Below, in pieces: positions 1-10,850 of a DNA stretch of 64,000 bases. Source of the DNA: Candidatus Pacearchaeota archaeon. GTDB taxonomy: Archaea > Nanobdellota > Nanobdellia > Pacearchaeales > GW2011-AR1. Location of the stretch: positions 54,454-118,453 of the forward strand of contig VGKP01000001.1 in the NCBI GenBank assembly GCA_016866975.1. Direction: 5' to 3'. Position 1 is the stretch's first letter. Each line of letters opens with the position of its first letter. Below the pieces are notes generated by a model that saw only the letters and a list, made by a program, of their open reading frames with translations, was not told the DNA's origin and searched no databases. A program made the position numbers and the translations under genes.

Positions 1-8
1 AAGTAGTA

Positions 9-620
9 GTGGTCGCAACATATTTCCCCTATATGAGGCAAGACAAGCATTTCAAGAAATATGATAGTTTCTCTTCAAAATATATTCTGGATATGTTCAA
101 GCATGTTGATAAACTGCTTGTCATTGATCCCCACCTGCACAGAATACCTAAGATGGAAAAATTGCTGCCGCAAGCGCATGCTTTCACAGTGAATGACCTT
201 CTTGTAGAGTACATAAAGAAAAGATTCAAGGATGACTTTTCCATAGTCGGTCCAGATGAAGAGAGTGCACAGTGGAGCCAGAAGATAGCAGACAAGCTTG
301 GAAAGAAAGTGGTTATACTGAAAAAAACAAGATTCTCTTCGACACATGTCAAGATAAAAGAAAAACCTCTTGGAAAAAATATAATAATCATAGATGATAT
401 AATAAGCACTGGAAAGACAATAGTGGAGACGATAAAGATGGCCAAAAGGCAGGGAGCAAATAGGATAATCTGCATGGGTATCCATGGAGTACTTGTAAAT
501 AAGGCGGATAAGCACATCTCAAAGCACGCTGAACTGATAACTACCAACACCATAGAAAACAAATATGCAAAGATAGATGTTTCACCAGCAATTGTAAACA
601 TTCTGAAGAAATATCGCTAA
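9..620 (+). CDS. prs: Ribose-phosphate pyrophosphokinase (5'-truncated by window edge)
   Basis: Motifs YFPYMRQDK, IDPH, VGPDEES and the PRPP-binding IIIDDIISTGKT. Confidence 0.9.
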   Translation: MVATYFPYMRQDKHFKKYDSFSSKYILDMFKHVDKLLVIDPHLHRIPKMEKLLPQAHAFTVNDLLVEYIKKRFKDDFSIVGPDEESAQWSQKIADKLGKKVVILKKTRFSSTHVKIKEKPLGKNIIIIDDIISTGKTIVETIKMAKRQGANRIICMGIHGVLVNKADKHISKHAELITTNTIENKYAKIDVSPAIVNILKKYR

Positions 621-650
621 TTTTATAAGACATCTACCTCATACCATCTG

Positions 651-1943
651 ATGGTAAAAGACATAGTTTTTGTTGTATTTGGGGGGACGGGAGACTTGAT
701 GAGGAGAAAACTGGCTCCTGCCATATCAAAGCTTTCTGAGAAAAATCTTATAGGCAAAGATTCCATATTGATTGGGGTATCAAGAAAGAAACTTAGTAAT
801 GAAGAATATAAAGAATATATAAATTCTGGGGCTAGCGGACTGAATTCTTTAAAAGTGATTTATGAATCTGGAGATGCCTCGAAAGCTGATGGATTGGACA
901 ATCTCATGGAAAGGCTCAAAAATTTTAAAGATAAAGAGAAAATCTTTTATCTTGCGACCTCTTTCAAGCTTTTTCCTTCCATTCTTGGCAGACTTAAAAA
1001 AGAAGGATTTGATGATAATTCAAAGATAGTGTTTGAAAAGCCATTCGGAAATGACCTCAAATCTTCTGATTTGTTGAATGATGATATAAAGGCATATTTT
1101 CCAGAGGAGAAAACATTCAGAATAGACCATTATTTAGCGAAAGAGACTGTCCTTAATCTCACAACTCTAAAGTTCTCTAATCCAGTGATACACGACCTCA
1201 TGAATAATAATTATGTGGATAAGATAGAGATAATCGCACATGAAGATCTTGGAGTAAAGGATAGGATAGAATACTATAATGATTCTGGAGCGATAAAGGA
1301 CATGATACAAAGCCATCTTCTCCAGATACTAGCTTTGCTCCTTGCAGAAAAGCAAGGCAATATCCATGAAGAAAAAAGAAATATATTGTCCGATATTAAT
1401 ATCATGGATTCCCCGTTAAATATTATAGGGCAATACAAGTCATATGCTGATGAATTGAGAGCAAAAGAGATCCCCCATTCAAAGACAGAGACATTTGCAC
1501 AGATAGCATTGGAATGCAAGAATAGCACATGGGGAGGCGTGCCTTTGATAGTAAGCACTGGAAAGAAACTCAAGAGTAAATATGGCCAGATAAAAATATC
1601 CTTCAAAAGCGAGAAAGGCATTCCATCCAATATGCTTATCGTAGATATATATCCTAAACAAGATATAGCTATGATATTGAATTCCAGGATGCCTGGCAGC
1701 GATATGTTTAAACCTGTAAGACTTGAATTTTGCAGGGAGTGTGAATTTGGCCCCAATAGCCCAGATGAATATTCTGTCCTCTTAAACGAGATAATAAAAG
1801 GTGAGAATCTGCTTTTCCCAAAATATGAAGAAGTAAGAGAATCCTGGAGAATTGTAGAGGATATTGAATCTCTGAGGAAGGGTATGAATTTAGTAATATA
1901 TGATGATGGGAGCAATCTTGCCGACATTATTTCTAGGGATTAG
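651..1943 (+). CDS. zwf: Glucose-6-phosphate 1-dehydrogenase (bacterial type)
   Basis: GGTGDL Rossmann motif, EKPFG, RIDHYLAKE signature, DMIQSHLLQ. Confidence 0.93.
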   Translation: MVKDIVFVVFGGTGDLMRRKLAPAISKLSEKNLIGKDSILIGVSRKKLSNEEYKEYINSGASGLNSLKVIYESGDASKADGLDNLMERLKNFKDKEKIFYLATSFKLFPSILGRLKKEGFDDNSKIVFEKPFGNDLKSSDLLNDDIKAYFPEEKTFRIDHYLAKETVLNLTTLKFSNPVIHDLMNNNYVDKIEIIAHEDLGVKDRIEYYNDSGAIKDMIQSHLLQILALLLAEKQGNIHEEKRNILSDINIMDSPLNIIGQYKSYADELRAKEIPHSKTETFAQIALECKNSTWGGVPLIVSTGKKLKSKYGQIKISFKSEKGIPSNMLIVDIYPKQDIAMILNSRMPGSDMFKPVRLEFCRECEFGPNSPDEYSVLLNEIIKGENLLFPKYEEVRESWRIVEDIESLRKGMNLVIYDDGSNLADIISRD

Positions 1944-2218
1944 TTGACTTTTCTTCTTATTAGTGCAATAAACCCTAAAATCAAGCATAGAATGCCTATG
2001 AATAGAAAAAATGTTTGCCAAAATAAGAAATCTTGTTGTGTACATGTATGCAGAGAAATAAGACACGATCCAAAGAGACAGAGATATTCGCATTGTCCTA
2101 TTTGGAGAGGGCCTAGATGAATGAGGACGCCCACTATTGTAAAGACAAAGCCTACTAAAAGAGATATTGCTATTCCTAATTTGCTATCTTTGGGAAGAAT
2201 AATATGATTCTTTGCCAT
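1940..2218 (-). CDS. Small membrane protein
   Basis: 92 aa with two to three hydrophobic segments; TATA-like AT tract upstream. Confidence 0.55.
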   Translation of the reverse strand: MAKNHIILPKDSKLGIAISLLVGFVFTIVGVLIHLGPLQIGQCEYLCLFGSCLISLHTCTQQDFLFWQTFFLFIGILCLILGFIALIRRKVN

Positions 2219-2410
2219 TGAAGGAAACAGTAATATGCATTATAAAAATATTCCTAAGAGAATTTTATAAAAGATGAAGTTTTATTAAAAGATGAAAAAG
2301 TTGGTTGTATTTGTTTTTAATCCTTCTAATGATTAAAAATTCCTATTCCATCCTAATAAGATTTAAATCCGTAAGGATATGTTTAAATACGTCTTTCTTT
2401 TAATATTTCT

Positions 2411-2962
2411 ATGAAGAGTGTTGATTTCTTTATGCAATTCATAAAAAACAAGAGAGAGATAGGTGCTATTGCACCTAGCTCAAATTTTCTTGCAAGAAAG
2501 ATTACTGGATGCGTTGATTTTGATCGCGCCAAGCTCATAGTCGAACTGGGAGCAGGCACTGGAATCATAACAAGGCACTTGGCAGAAAGCCTTAGGCCTG
2601 AATCTAATCTCATCGTAGTTGAGCCAAATGATGAATTCCATAGGGATCTTATAAAACTTAAAAGAAGGAATATAAAAATAATAAAAGGATATGCCGAAGA
2701 CCTTTCTAAACATATTGAGGATAAAGGTTTCTGCAAAGCAGACTATATAGTATCAGGGCTTCCTTTGGCTGCTTGGAGTGAGGTGCAAAGGAAAGATGTC
2801 ATGGAATCAATAATGAGAGGGTTATCAGATAAGGGAGGATTTGTACAATTCCAGTATTCACTGCAATCCTATAGAAAATTCAAAGAATTATTCTCAGATG
2901 TACAGATAAAATTCACCTTAATGAACCTGCCTCCTGCCTTTGTCTATTCGTGTTCTATCTGA
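2411..2962 (+). CDS. SAM-dependent methyltransferase, phospholipid N-methyltransferase (PmtA)-like
   Basis: IGAIAPSS, VELGAGTG, IVSGLP, FVQFQYS, NLPPAFVY. Confidence 0.85.
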   Translation: MKSVDFFMQFIKNKREIGAIAPSSNFLARKITGCVDFDRAKLIVELGAGTGIITRHLAESLRPESNLIVVEPNDEFHRDLIKLKRRNIKIIKGYAEDLSKHIEDKGFCKADYIVSGLPLAAWSEVQRKDVMESIMRGLSDKGGFVQFQYSLQSYRKFKELFSDVQIKFTLMNLPPAFVYSCSI

Positions 2963-2964
2963 GA

Positions 2965-4973
<2,009 letters not shown>

Positions 4974-4977
4974 GTTC

Positions 4978-5412
4978 CTACAGCTCAGTCAGGGTTTTTA
5001 AAGATTTCTTTAGTAAAAAATACTTTTCCCCCTCACTACTTGATAAATCATTTACAGGCACTTTTAAGATATTTCCAAGAGTTCTGACCTCTGGTGTAGC
5101 GCAGGCCCTGTCAACTGTAGAACCTTGGATGGCTATCACATGAGGACCATTTATAGGTACTGCTATGTAAACGAGGCCCCGATTATCATGACGGAATGCG
5201 GCTGTTCTTTTTGAGTCTACCAATGGAGAAAAAGCATTTGGTTCAACCTCAATACGAGTCAGTAAAGGGGTAAATAAATTCGTATCAAGATTCTGGATGT
5301 ATATTAGAAAGGCATCAAGGACATTACCTCCTGAACTACAGAGATAGTTTATATCTATGCTTGCAGTTTTTTGGTCAATCCGAGCAGGAGATTCGTATTG
5401 GCCTGTTATCAT
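4978..5412 (-). CDS. Hypothetical protein inside the groESL operon
   Basis: 144-aa ORF starting 1 nt after the groES stop. Confidence 0.7.
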   Translation of the reverse strand: MITGQYESPARIDQKTASIDINYLCSSGGNVLDAFLIYIQNLDTNLFTPLLTRIEVEPNAFSPLVDSKRTAAFRHDNRGLVYIAVPINGPHVIAIQGSTVDRACATPEVRTLGNILKVPVNDLSSSEGEKYFLLKKSLKTLTEL

Positions 5413-5413
5413 C

Positions 5414-5686
5414 TTACTCTATTTTGGCCGCGATATCCTTTAATTCGATTATGAGATGTTTCTCGCTATTAATTTCAATTTCCTCAGAACTATATCCGCC
5501 ATATATTACTCTATCGCCTTCTTTTACAGGAAATGTTGAACCATTATTCATTGTACCTACTGCAACTACTATTCCTTCTTTTTTCTCATCCTTTGATTTG
5601 GGGAGAATAAGGCCAGACTTAGTCCTTTCTTCCGTTTGTTTAATATGTCTTAAAAGGACTCTCTCTCCTAATGGCTTGATGTTCAT
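5414..5686 (-). CDS. groES: Co-chaperonin GroES
   Basis: IKPLGERVL, TKSGLILP, VVAVG, VKEGDRVIY. Confidence 0.96.
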   Translation of the reverse strand: MNIKPLGERVLLRHIKQTEERTKSGLILPKSKDEKKEGIVVAVGTMNNGSTFPVKEGDRVIYGGYSSEEIEINSEKHLIIELKDIAAKIE

Positions 5687-5789
5687 GGTTCTTACGATAT
5701 TTTAGGGTTTTTAAGGTTTTTTGTGATTGACTGCCATCACTGTTATTGCACATGTGAAGGTTTATTAATGCCAATTTGTATTTTTTATT

Positions 5790-6002
5790 ATGGGAAAGGT
5801 TGACTCATGGGCAGTTGTTACGGGAGTAGTGTTTGTGGTAATTGGAGCGTTGCTCTTATTATTATCATTTCTTTTTATACCTGCCCTTATTTATGCAATA
5901 ATTGCTCTGGCTATAGGAATAGCCATACTTGTGACGCTTAAAGAACAAGATGCGATTGAACCTATAAAAGAGAAAAGAATAAAAAGGAGAAATAACAGGT
6001 AG
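5790..6002 (+). CDS. Small membrane protein
   Basis: Two hydrophobic helices and a basic tail. Confidence 0.6.
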   Translation: MGKVDSWAVVTGVVFVVIGALLLLLSFLFIPALIYAIIALAIGIAILVTLKEQDAIEPIKEKRIKRRNNR

Positions 6003-6006
6003 TAAC

Positions 6007-6327
6007 ATGAGCATTATAGTTTCTTCTACTTCTGAAGTGCCTGGGAAGAAAGTAAAGAAAATACTCGGAGTTGTCAAAGGGAATACTGTGCGCTCAAGGC
6101 ATATCGGGAGAGATATCATGGCAGGATTCAAGAATATTGTCGGAGGAGAAATAAAGAGTTATACTGAACTGCTTACGCAGGCAAGAGAAGAGGCATATAA
6201 CAGGATGGTAAACCAAGCAATAGATCTTGGAGCAGATGCTGTGCTCAATGTAAGATTTACAACATCAAATGTTATGAATGCTGCCTCTGAAATACTTGCT
6301 TATGGCACTGCGGTGAAGTTGGATTAA
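6007..6327 (+). CDS. YbjQ/UPF0145 family protein
   Basis: GVVKGNTVRSRHIGRD, VGGEIKSYTELL, AREEA, LGADAV, AYGTAV. Confidence 0.92.
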   Translation: MSIIVSSTSEVPGKKVKKILGVVKGNTVRSRHIGRDIMAGFKNIVGGEIKSYTELLTQAREEAYNRMVNQAIDLGADAVLNVRFTTSNVMNAASEILAYGTAVKLD

Positions 6328-6337
6328 TACTCCAGAA

Positions 6338-6420
6338 TCATACTATTTTTCTATGTCCAATCTTAAGGATGGTATTACTTGAGAAGCCTTGTCGATATCA
6401 ATTATTATCCTATAATCTCC
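6338..6420 (-). pseudogene. 3' remnant of a RelE/ParE-family toxin gene
   Basis: Minus strand reads GDYRIIIDIDKASQVI, then after a 1-nt frameshift ILKIGHRKIV*. This is the RelE C-terminal pattern (GDYRII...ILxIGHR). The 5' part is absent and the fragment starts 4 nt after the antitoxin stop. Confidence 0.65.
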
Positions 6421-6424
6421 TCTT

Positions 6425-6661
6425 TTAAAAGCCAAGAATTTTCTTAGCTTCTTCTTCTGTATAGAATTCTCCTTTCTTAATTCTTTCCCTTGCCTCTTGA
6501 ATTTCTATCATTACTTGCTTGCTTAATCTGGGATTTTTTTGAGCTGATTTAGCAATGTAGATCAATTTTCTAATGAGTTCATCATAGCTCTCGCTTTTAT
6601 ATTGCTTAAACATATCGAGTTCTGTTTTTGTTTCTGCAGCTAGCCTAATCGTAGTATCCAT
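6425..6661 (-). CDS. Archaeal RelB-like/RHH antitoxin
   Basis: TTIRL...KTELD...ESYDELIRKL N-terminus and ERIKKGEFYTEEEAKKILG C-terminus, typical of antitoxins upstream of relE. Confidence 0.7.
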   Translation of the reverse strand: MDTTIRLAAETKTELDMFKQYKSESYDELIRKLIYIAKSAQKNPRLSKQVMIEIQEARERIKKGEFYTEEEAKKILGF

Positions 6662-6675
6662 ACATATGTATACAT
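6661..6675. promoter_or_regulatory. Overlapping palindromes at the antitoxin start (probable TA operator)
   Basis: TACATATGTA (6661-6670) and ATGTATACAT (6666-6675) are perfect palindromes between the TATA-like box and the ATG. Confidence 0.5.
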
Positions 6676-6743
6676 TTGTAGATTATATAAATGTTTGTAT
6701 GCCTATTCAAAGTAATGAGGTACGAATCTGCTTGTATTGTTTG

Positions 6744-7931
6744 TTATTTCTTCAGCACTTCAAGACCTGGAAGCCTGTCACCTGCAAGATAAGCCATTAA
6801 AGCCCCGCCTGAAAGACTTATTGAAGAGAACCTATTTGGGATATGATATGTTGTCAAAGTTGTCGTAAGATGACCTCCACCCAGAAGAGAGTGACATCTC
6901 TTCTTAATTGTCTGGGAGCTTATTTCTTTAAGTATATCAACGGTGCCATAGCTAAACTTTGGATCCTCTGAATAACCTACTGGCCCTTTCATGAAAACTG
7001 CCTTTGCGTAAGAGATATGCTCCTTGAAGAGAGCAGAAGTCATATGGCCTATATCCCATATCTTTTCCTCTGATGGTGTATCTGATAAAAGAATTTCCTT
7101 TCTTTTCTTATTGCCTATCGCAAAATCTATTGGGAGTATAATCTGTCCAGGGTGCTTGCTGAACAAGTATCTCAGATTAGGATATAAAATATGAAAACCT
7201 TTCTTCTTCATCCATATATTTTCATATCCTAAATCTATGCCTTGTGCTGCTATAAATGCATTGCCTAAAACACCTGAAGTCAGAATTTTGTTATCCTTGT
7301 TTTTCAAGACTTTGAAGAATGATATATAGTCATCAAGCTTTGTACCTCCAAGGAGATATACTTTCTTCCCGCTCTTGTCCTTGACAAAATAATCAGCAGA
7401 CTTCAGCTCATTCTCAAAACTCCTGCCTATTGCGCTTGGAAGATACATTGGAGGGATGATTATGCTTCCTTGCTCCCTATGAGAGACTGAGAAAGCATCA
7501 TTTATGAAAAAATCAAAAAGAGAACAAAATCCCTTGAACCTGTTTTTTTTCCCAAGGCTCGTCTCATCATCTTGAAATCTTGTATTCTCTAGAAGAAGGA
7601 CTTCTCCAGGAGGCAAATGTGTTATATATTCGGATGCTCTCTCGCCAAACAAGTCATTGACAAAATGCACTTTTTTTCCAATATGTTTTGACAGAATTGA
7701 TGAATGATGTTTCAAAGATATGCAATCAGCTTCGCCCTGCCTGCCTTGATGGGCAATTATCACAACTTTCGCTTTTTTATCACATAACTCTGTTATTGTC
7801 TTTGAGTGTTCTATAAAGCGGGGAGAATCTAGAGGCTTGCCATTCCTTAGGGCTGAATTTATATCTATCCTAAGAAGGACTCTTGCATTTGAGAGATGAA
7901 AAGAGTCTAATGTTTTTAAGGCCATAGTCAC
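6744..7931 (-). CDS. pgk: Phosphoglycerate kinase
   Basis: LRIDINS, AHQGR, LLENTRF, NDAFSVSHR, LGGTK, GGGH, SLSGGA. Confidence 0.95.
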   Translation of the reverse strand: MTMALKTLDSFHLSNARVLLRIDINSALRNGKPLDSPRFIEHSKTITELCDKKAKVVIIAHQGRQGEADCISLKHHSSILSKHIGKKVHFVNDLFGERASEYITHLPPGEVLLLENTRFQDDETSLGKKNRFKGFCSLFDFFINDAFSVSHREQGSIIIPPMYLPSAIGRSFENELKSADYFVKDKSGKKVYLLGGTKLDDYISFFKVLKNKDNKILTSGVLGNAFIAAQGIDLGYENIWMKKKGFHILYPNLRYLFSKHPGQIILPIDFAIGNKKRKEILLSDTPSEEKIWDIGHMTSALFKEHISYAKAVFMKGPVGYSEDPKFSYGTVDILKEISSQTIKKRCHSLLGGGHLTTTLTTYHIPNRFSSISLSGGALMAYLAGDRLPGLEVLKK

Positions 7932-8947
7932 TTCCTTGACTTTTTAGGGACCTTCTCGCTTTCCAAGATCATCTGGGCTACATCAATAAGACGATTGGAA
8001 TATCCCCATTCATTGTCGTACCAACCAGCTATGCTTATAGTATCGTCTATCACTTGAGTGAAATGTGAGTTGAAGATACATGAGTGAGGATTGCCTATGA
8101 TATCTGAAGATACAAGGAAATCATCTGAGTACTCAACAATGCCTTTGTAGTCTGTAGATGTCTTCCTCTTGAAAACGGCGTTGACATCCTTCGCAGAGAC
8201 TTTCTTCTCGACTTTTGCAACAATACTTGTGATCGAGCCGTCTATGACTGGCACCCTAAGTGCGTAGCCTTCTATCTTACCTTTCAATTGAGGCAGGCTC
8301 TCAACCACAGATATTGCTGCCCCGGATGTAGTGGGAACAATATTATACGCTGCCGCCCTGCCTCTTGCAAGGTCGCGCTTGTCATGCCCGTCAACTAGGC
8401 GTTGAGTCGAAGTATAAGCGTGGGTTGTGACAAAGAATGCGCTCTTCAGATTGTATGCCTCGTGGAGTATCTTTATCATTGGAGCAGTACAATTTGTAGT
8501 GCAGCTTCCCGCAGATATTATTTTATGCTCTTTCCTGAAATCAGAATTATTGACGCCAGGTATAAGTGTGAGGTCATGGCCCTTTGCTGGGGCGGAAATA
8601 AGGACCTTCCTAGCGCCCGCCTTGAGATGTTTCTCTGCTCCTTCCTTTTCAGTAAAGAAACCTGTGCATTCAACCACGAGATCTATGTTCTCTTTCTTCC
8701 AAGGCAATTTAAGGGGATCTGTCTCATGGACTGTGAGGAATTTTCTTTTTCCTATGAAAAGATGTTTTCCATCATGATGAATAGGTTCCTGGATTCCATG
8801 ATGCACTGAATCATGTTTTAGTGTGTATACCACATAATCTGGGTCACCCATCTCATTTATGACAATATTCCAAGGCACATTCTTCTGTACGCAGGTCTGA
8901 AGAAAAAGCTTGCCTATTCTTCCTAAGCCGTTAATGGCAACATTCAT
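7928..8947 (-). CDS. gap: Type I (bacterial-type) glyceraldehyde-3-phosphate dehydrogenase
   Basis: INGLGRIG, VECTG, SAGSCTTNC catalytic motif, WYDNEWGYS. Confidence 0.96.
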   Translation of the reverse strand: MNVAINGLGRIGKLFLQTCVQKNVPWNIVINEMGDPDYVVYTLKHDSVHHGIQEPIHHDGKHLFIGKRKFLTVHETDPLKLPWKKENIDLVVECTGFFTEKEGAEKHLKAGARKVLISAPAKGHDLTLIPGVNNSDFRKEHKIISAGSCTTNCTAPMIKILHEAYNLKSAFFVTTHAYTSTQRLVDGHDKRDLARGRAAAYNIVPTTSGAAISVVESLPQLKGKIEGYALRVPVIDGSITSIVAKVEKKVSAKDVNAVFKRKTSTDYKGIVEYSDDFLVSSDIIGNPHSCIFNSHFTQVIDDTISIAGWYDNEWGYSNRLIDVAQMILESEKVPKKSRK

Positions 8948-9126
8948 GCTCCACCCACTCTTTCATAGACTCTTGAGGAGAAAGGCATATTTAAAAGTTG
9001 GGTTTTTAGGAGCAAAAGTAGTGTCACTTAAGAGGATTAACTTTTTGGAAAATTAATAACGATAATACCTCCTCTTAGAGGTCTTTTCTCAAGGATTTTT
9101 TATTAGCTTCAGGAGCTTCTTGATGA

Positions 9127-9810
9127 TCATTCTCTCTCGTTTGAGGCTAGGATATAAGAAGCTACACAACCTTTTCCTTTTTTATCACCTGCGTACACTC
9201 TGAGGTCAGATGTAACGTTTGGATCATCTGAATCCCTCATCATGACTTTTAGGGGAGACCTGATTGCTATTATGCTCCTTCCATCGAATCCTTCAGGGGA
9301 AAACTTTTCTGTAAATTCTCCCATGCCCAAGGCTTTTTCACTGTTTGTCGCTCCCCAGATGGCGACATATCCTTTTTCTCCTGGAAGATGAGCAGATATA
9401 CATGAAACGCCATATCCTCCTCTCTGGGAGCTTCTCCAAACCCCCCAAGTGCCAGCTTCTTTCTGTTCGAGAGAAAAGCCATCGCCTTGATAGCCTGCTG
9501 CTGAAGTGATTAGTGCAGCCTCTACATTCCCAGGTGAAGATATGCGGACAATTGTAGAACCAACAAGAGCGCGAGTAACATCTTTCACATCGTTGGCGAA
9601 AGGATTGCCTTGCACGTTAATTAGATAGTCTCGTGCCTGCCTTTTAAGGCCAGAGGTCAGTTCATCATGAACAGTAAAATCTCCATCGGCAAGCTTTAAT
9701 AGAAGAGGATTTTCTTGTATATCCTTTTGCAAGTCTGGGAATATCCCGGTCAGCACCCTTGTTATAAGGCCTGATGTGATGCCACCCAATTCCTTCTTTA
9801 AGCCACTCAT
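9127..9810 (-). CDS. Divergent alkylpurine DNA glycosylase (MPG/AAG)-fold protein, apparently lacking the catalytic Glu
   Basis: Colinear similarity to MPG motifs by eye: DVTRALVGSTIVR~VARxLLGKxLVR; LITSAAGYQG~RIVETEAYLG; AGTWGVW~PGHAYVY; GEKGYVAIWG~EGxPAAVLIRA; GMGEFTEKF~GPGKLCQAL; VTSDLRV~VxTPRIG. Confidence 0.5.
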   Translation of the reverse strand: MSGLKKELGGITSGLITRVLTGIFPDLQKDIQENPLLLKLADGDFTVHDELTSGLKRQARDYLINVQGNPFANDVKDVTRALVGSTIVRISSPGNVEAALITSAAGYQGDGFSLEQKEAGTWGVWRSSQRGGYGVSCISAHLPGEKGYVAIWGATNSEKALGMGEFTEKFSPEGFDGRSIIAIRSPLKVMMRDSDDPNVTSDLRVYAGDKKGKGCVASYILASNERE

Positions 9811-10850
9811 TCTTTTCTCCCCACATTAATGGTGTGGTGAATCCTGCTGTCATTTTGAAAAGACTCCATACTCTGGAACAATTGACAAGCTATATTTAAA
9901 GCTTTCCTTTCTTCCTCTCCTGCGCTGTTATATTTTAAACTTATGAGCTCATAAGCTTGTCCTGGAGAAATCGCATAGACTGGCAACATTTCATTCAACA
10001 CAAGGTTTACCAGTTGCTGTCTTAGAACTGCATTTGGATTAAATAAAACTCTGCCTGCAGAGCGCATATTTGCGAAAGACTCCCAGTCTATGAATCCTGA
10101 TCCTATAGTAGATGTTTTGACCCTTATTTTTCCAAAAACAGACTTTAGAGAGAGAGCATCATTTTGAGACTTTGGAAGCTCTGGCTGGGCTTGAATTCGT
10201 TCGGCATAACAGTCTCTTACAGCCTTAAGATCGGGGTCGATAATGACTTCTTTGGATTTTAATGACCTTCTATGTGACTCTTCAAGATTTTTATACAATT
10301 CTGAATCTAGGAGCGGTTCTAGTTCACTTAGAAGGTCTGTGCTTTGCTCAAAACGGAAAAGCAGACGTTCAAGAAGAGGAGAAAATCTTCCTTGACGATT
10401 ATCAGTACCTTTCATCATATACTCGAAAAAGTCTAATCCTGGACCGCGTTGCAATTCTACAAGATATTCATTAGCTGCCTCCCTTAAGAGAGTACGGTCT
10501 AAGATTATTTCGCGTAAACTAGAAGTGTCTGGACATTGAACCAGATTTGAAAGAAAAAGCCTCCCGACCAAAGGAGAGTTTCTCATAGAGAGCATGCTAT
10601 AATAATTTATCGGATTGCTGGATTTTGGAATTAGGAAGTTTGGCTTTAACACACTCTCTTCATTTGCACGTGCCTGATCAAACAATGATGGTATTATATC
10701 TTCCCACCTGTCTCCTTTATTTGACCAGTTATAACAAACTCCCCAGAGAGTGAATTCTGGTCTGTATTTGCAGGATTCGTAATTTGCCAGAATAGTGGAA
10801 GCTACTTCCTCACAAGCTCCTCTGATGTCATTTCCCATCGTATCCTCCAA
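9807..10850 (-). CDS. Hypothetical protein (operon gene 4)
   Basis: 347-aa ORF overlapping both neighbours; no motif recognised. Confidence 0.75.
   Translation of the reverse strand: MEDTMGNDIRGACEEVASTILANYESCKYRPEFTLWGVCYNWSNKGDRWEDIIPSLFDQARANEESVLKPNFLIPKSSNPINYYSMLSMRNSPLVGRLFLSNLVQCPDTSSLREIILDRTLLREAANEYLVELQRGPGLDFFEYMMKGTDNRQGRFSPLLERLLFRFEQSTDLLSELEPLLDSELYKNLEESHRRSLKSKEVIIDPDLKAVRDCYAERIQAQPELPKSQNDALSLKSVFGKIRVKTSTIGSGFIDWESFANMRSAGRVLFNPNAVLRQQLVNLVLNEMLPVYAISPGQAYELISLKYNSAGEEERKALNIACQLFQSMESFQNDSRIHHTINVGRKE
9891..9907 (-). promoter_or_regulatory. Putative internal BRE/TATA promoter upstream of the MPG-like gene
   Basis: Minus strand GGAAAGCTTTAAATATA, ~80 nt upstream of the 9810 start and the same pattern as other promoters in the window. 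Confidence 0.4.
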
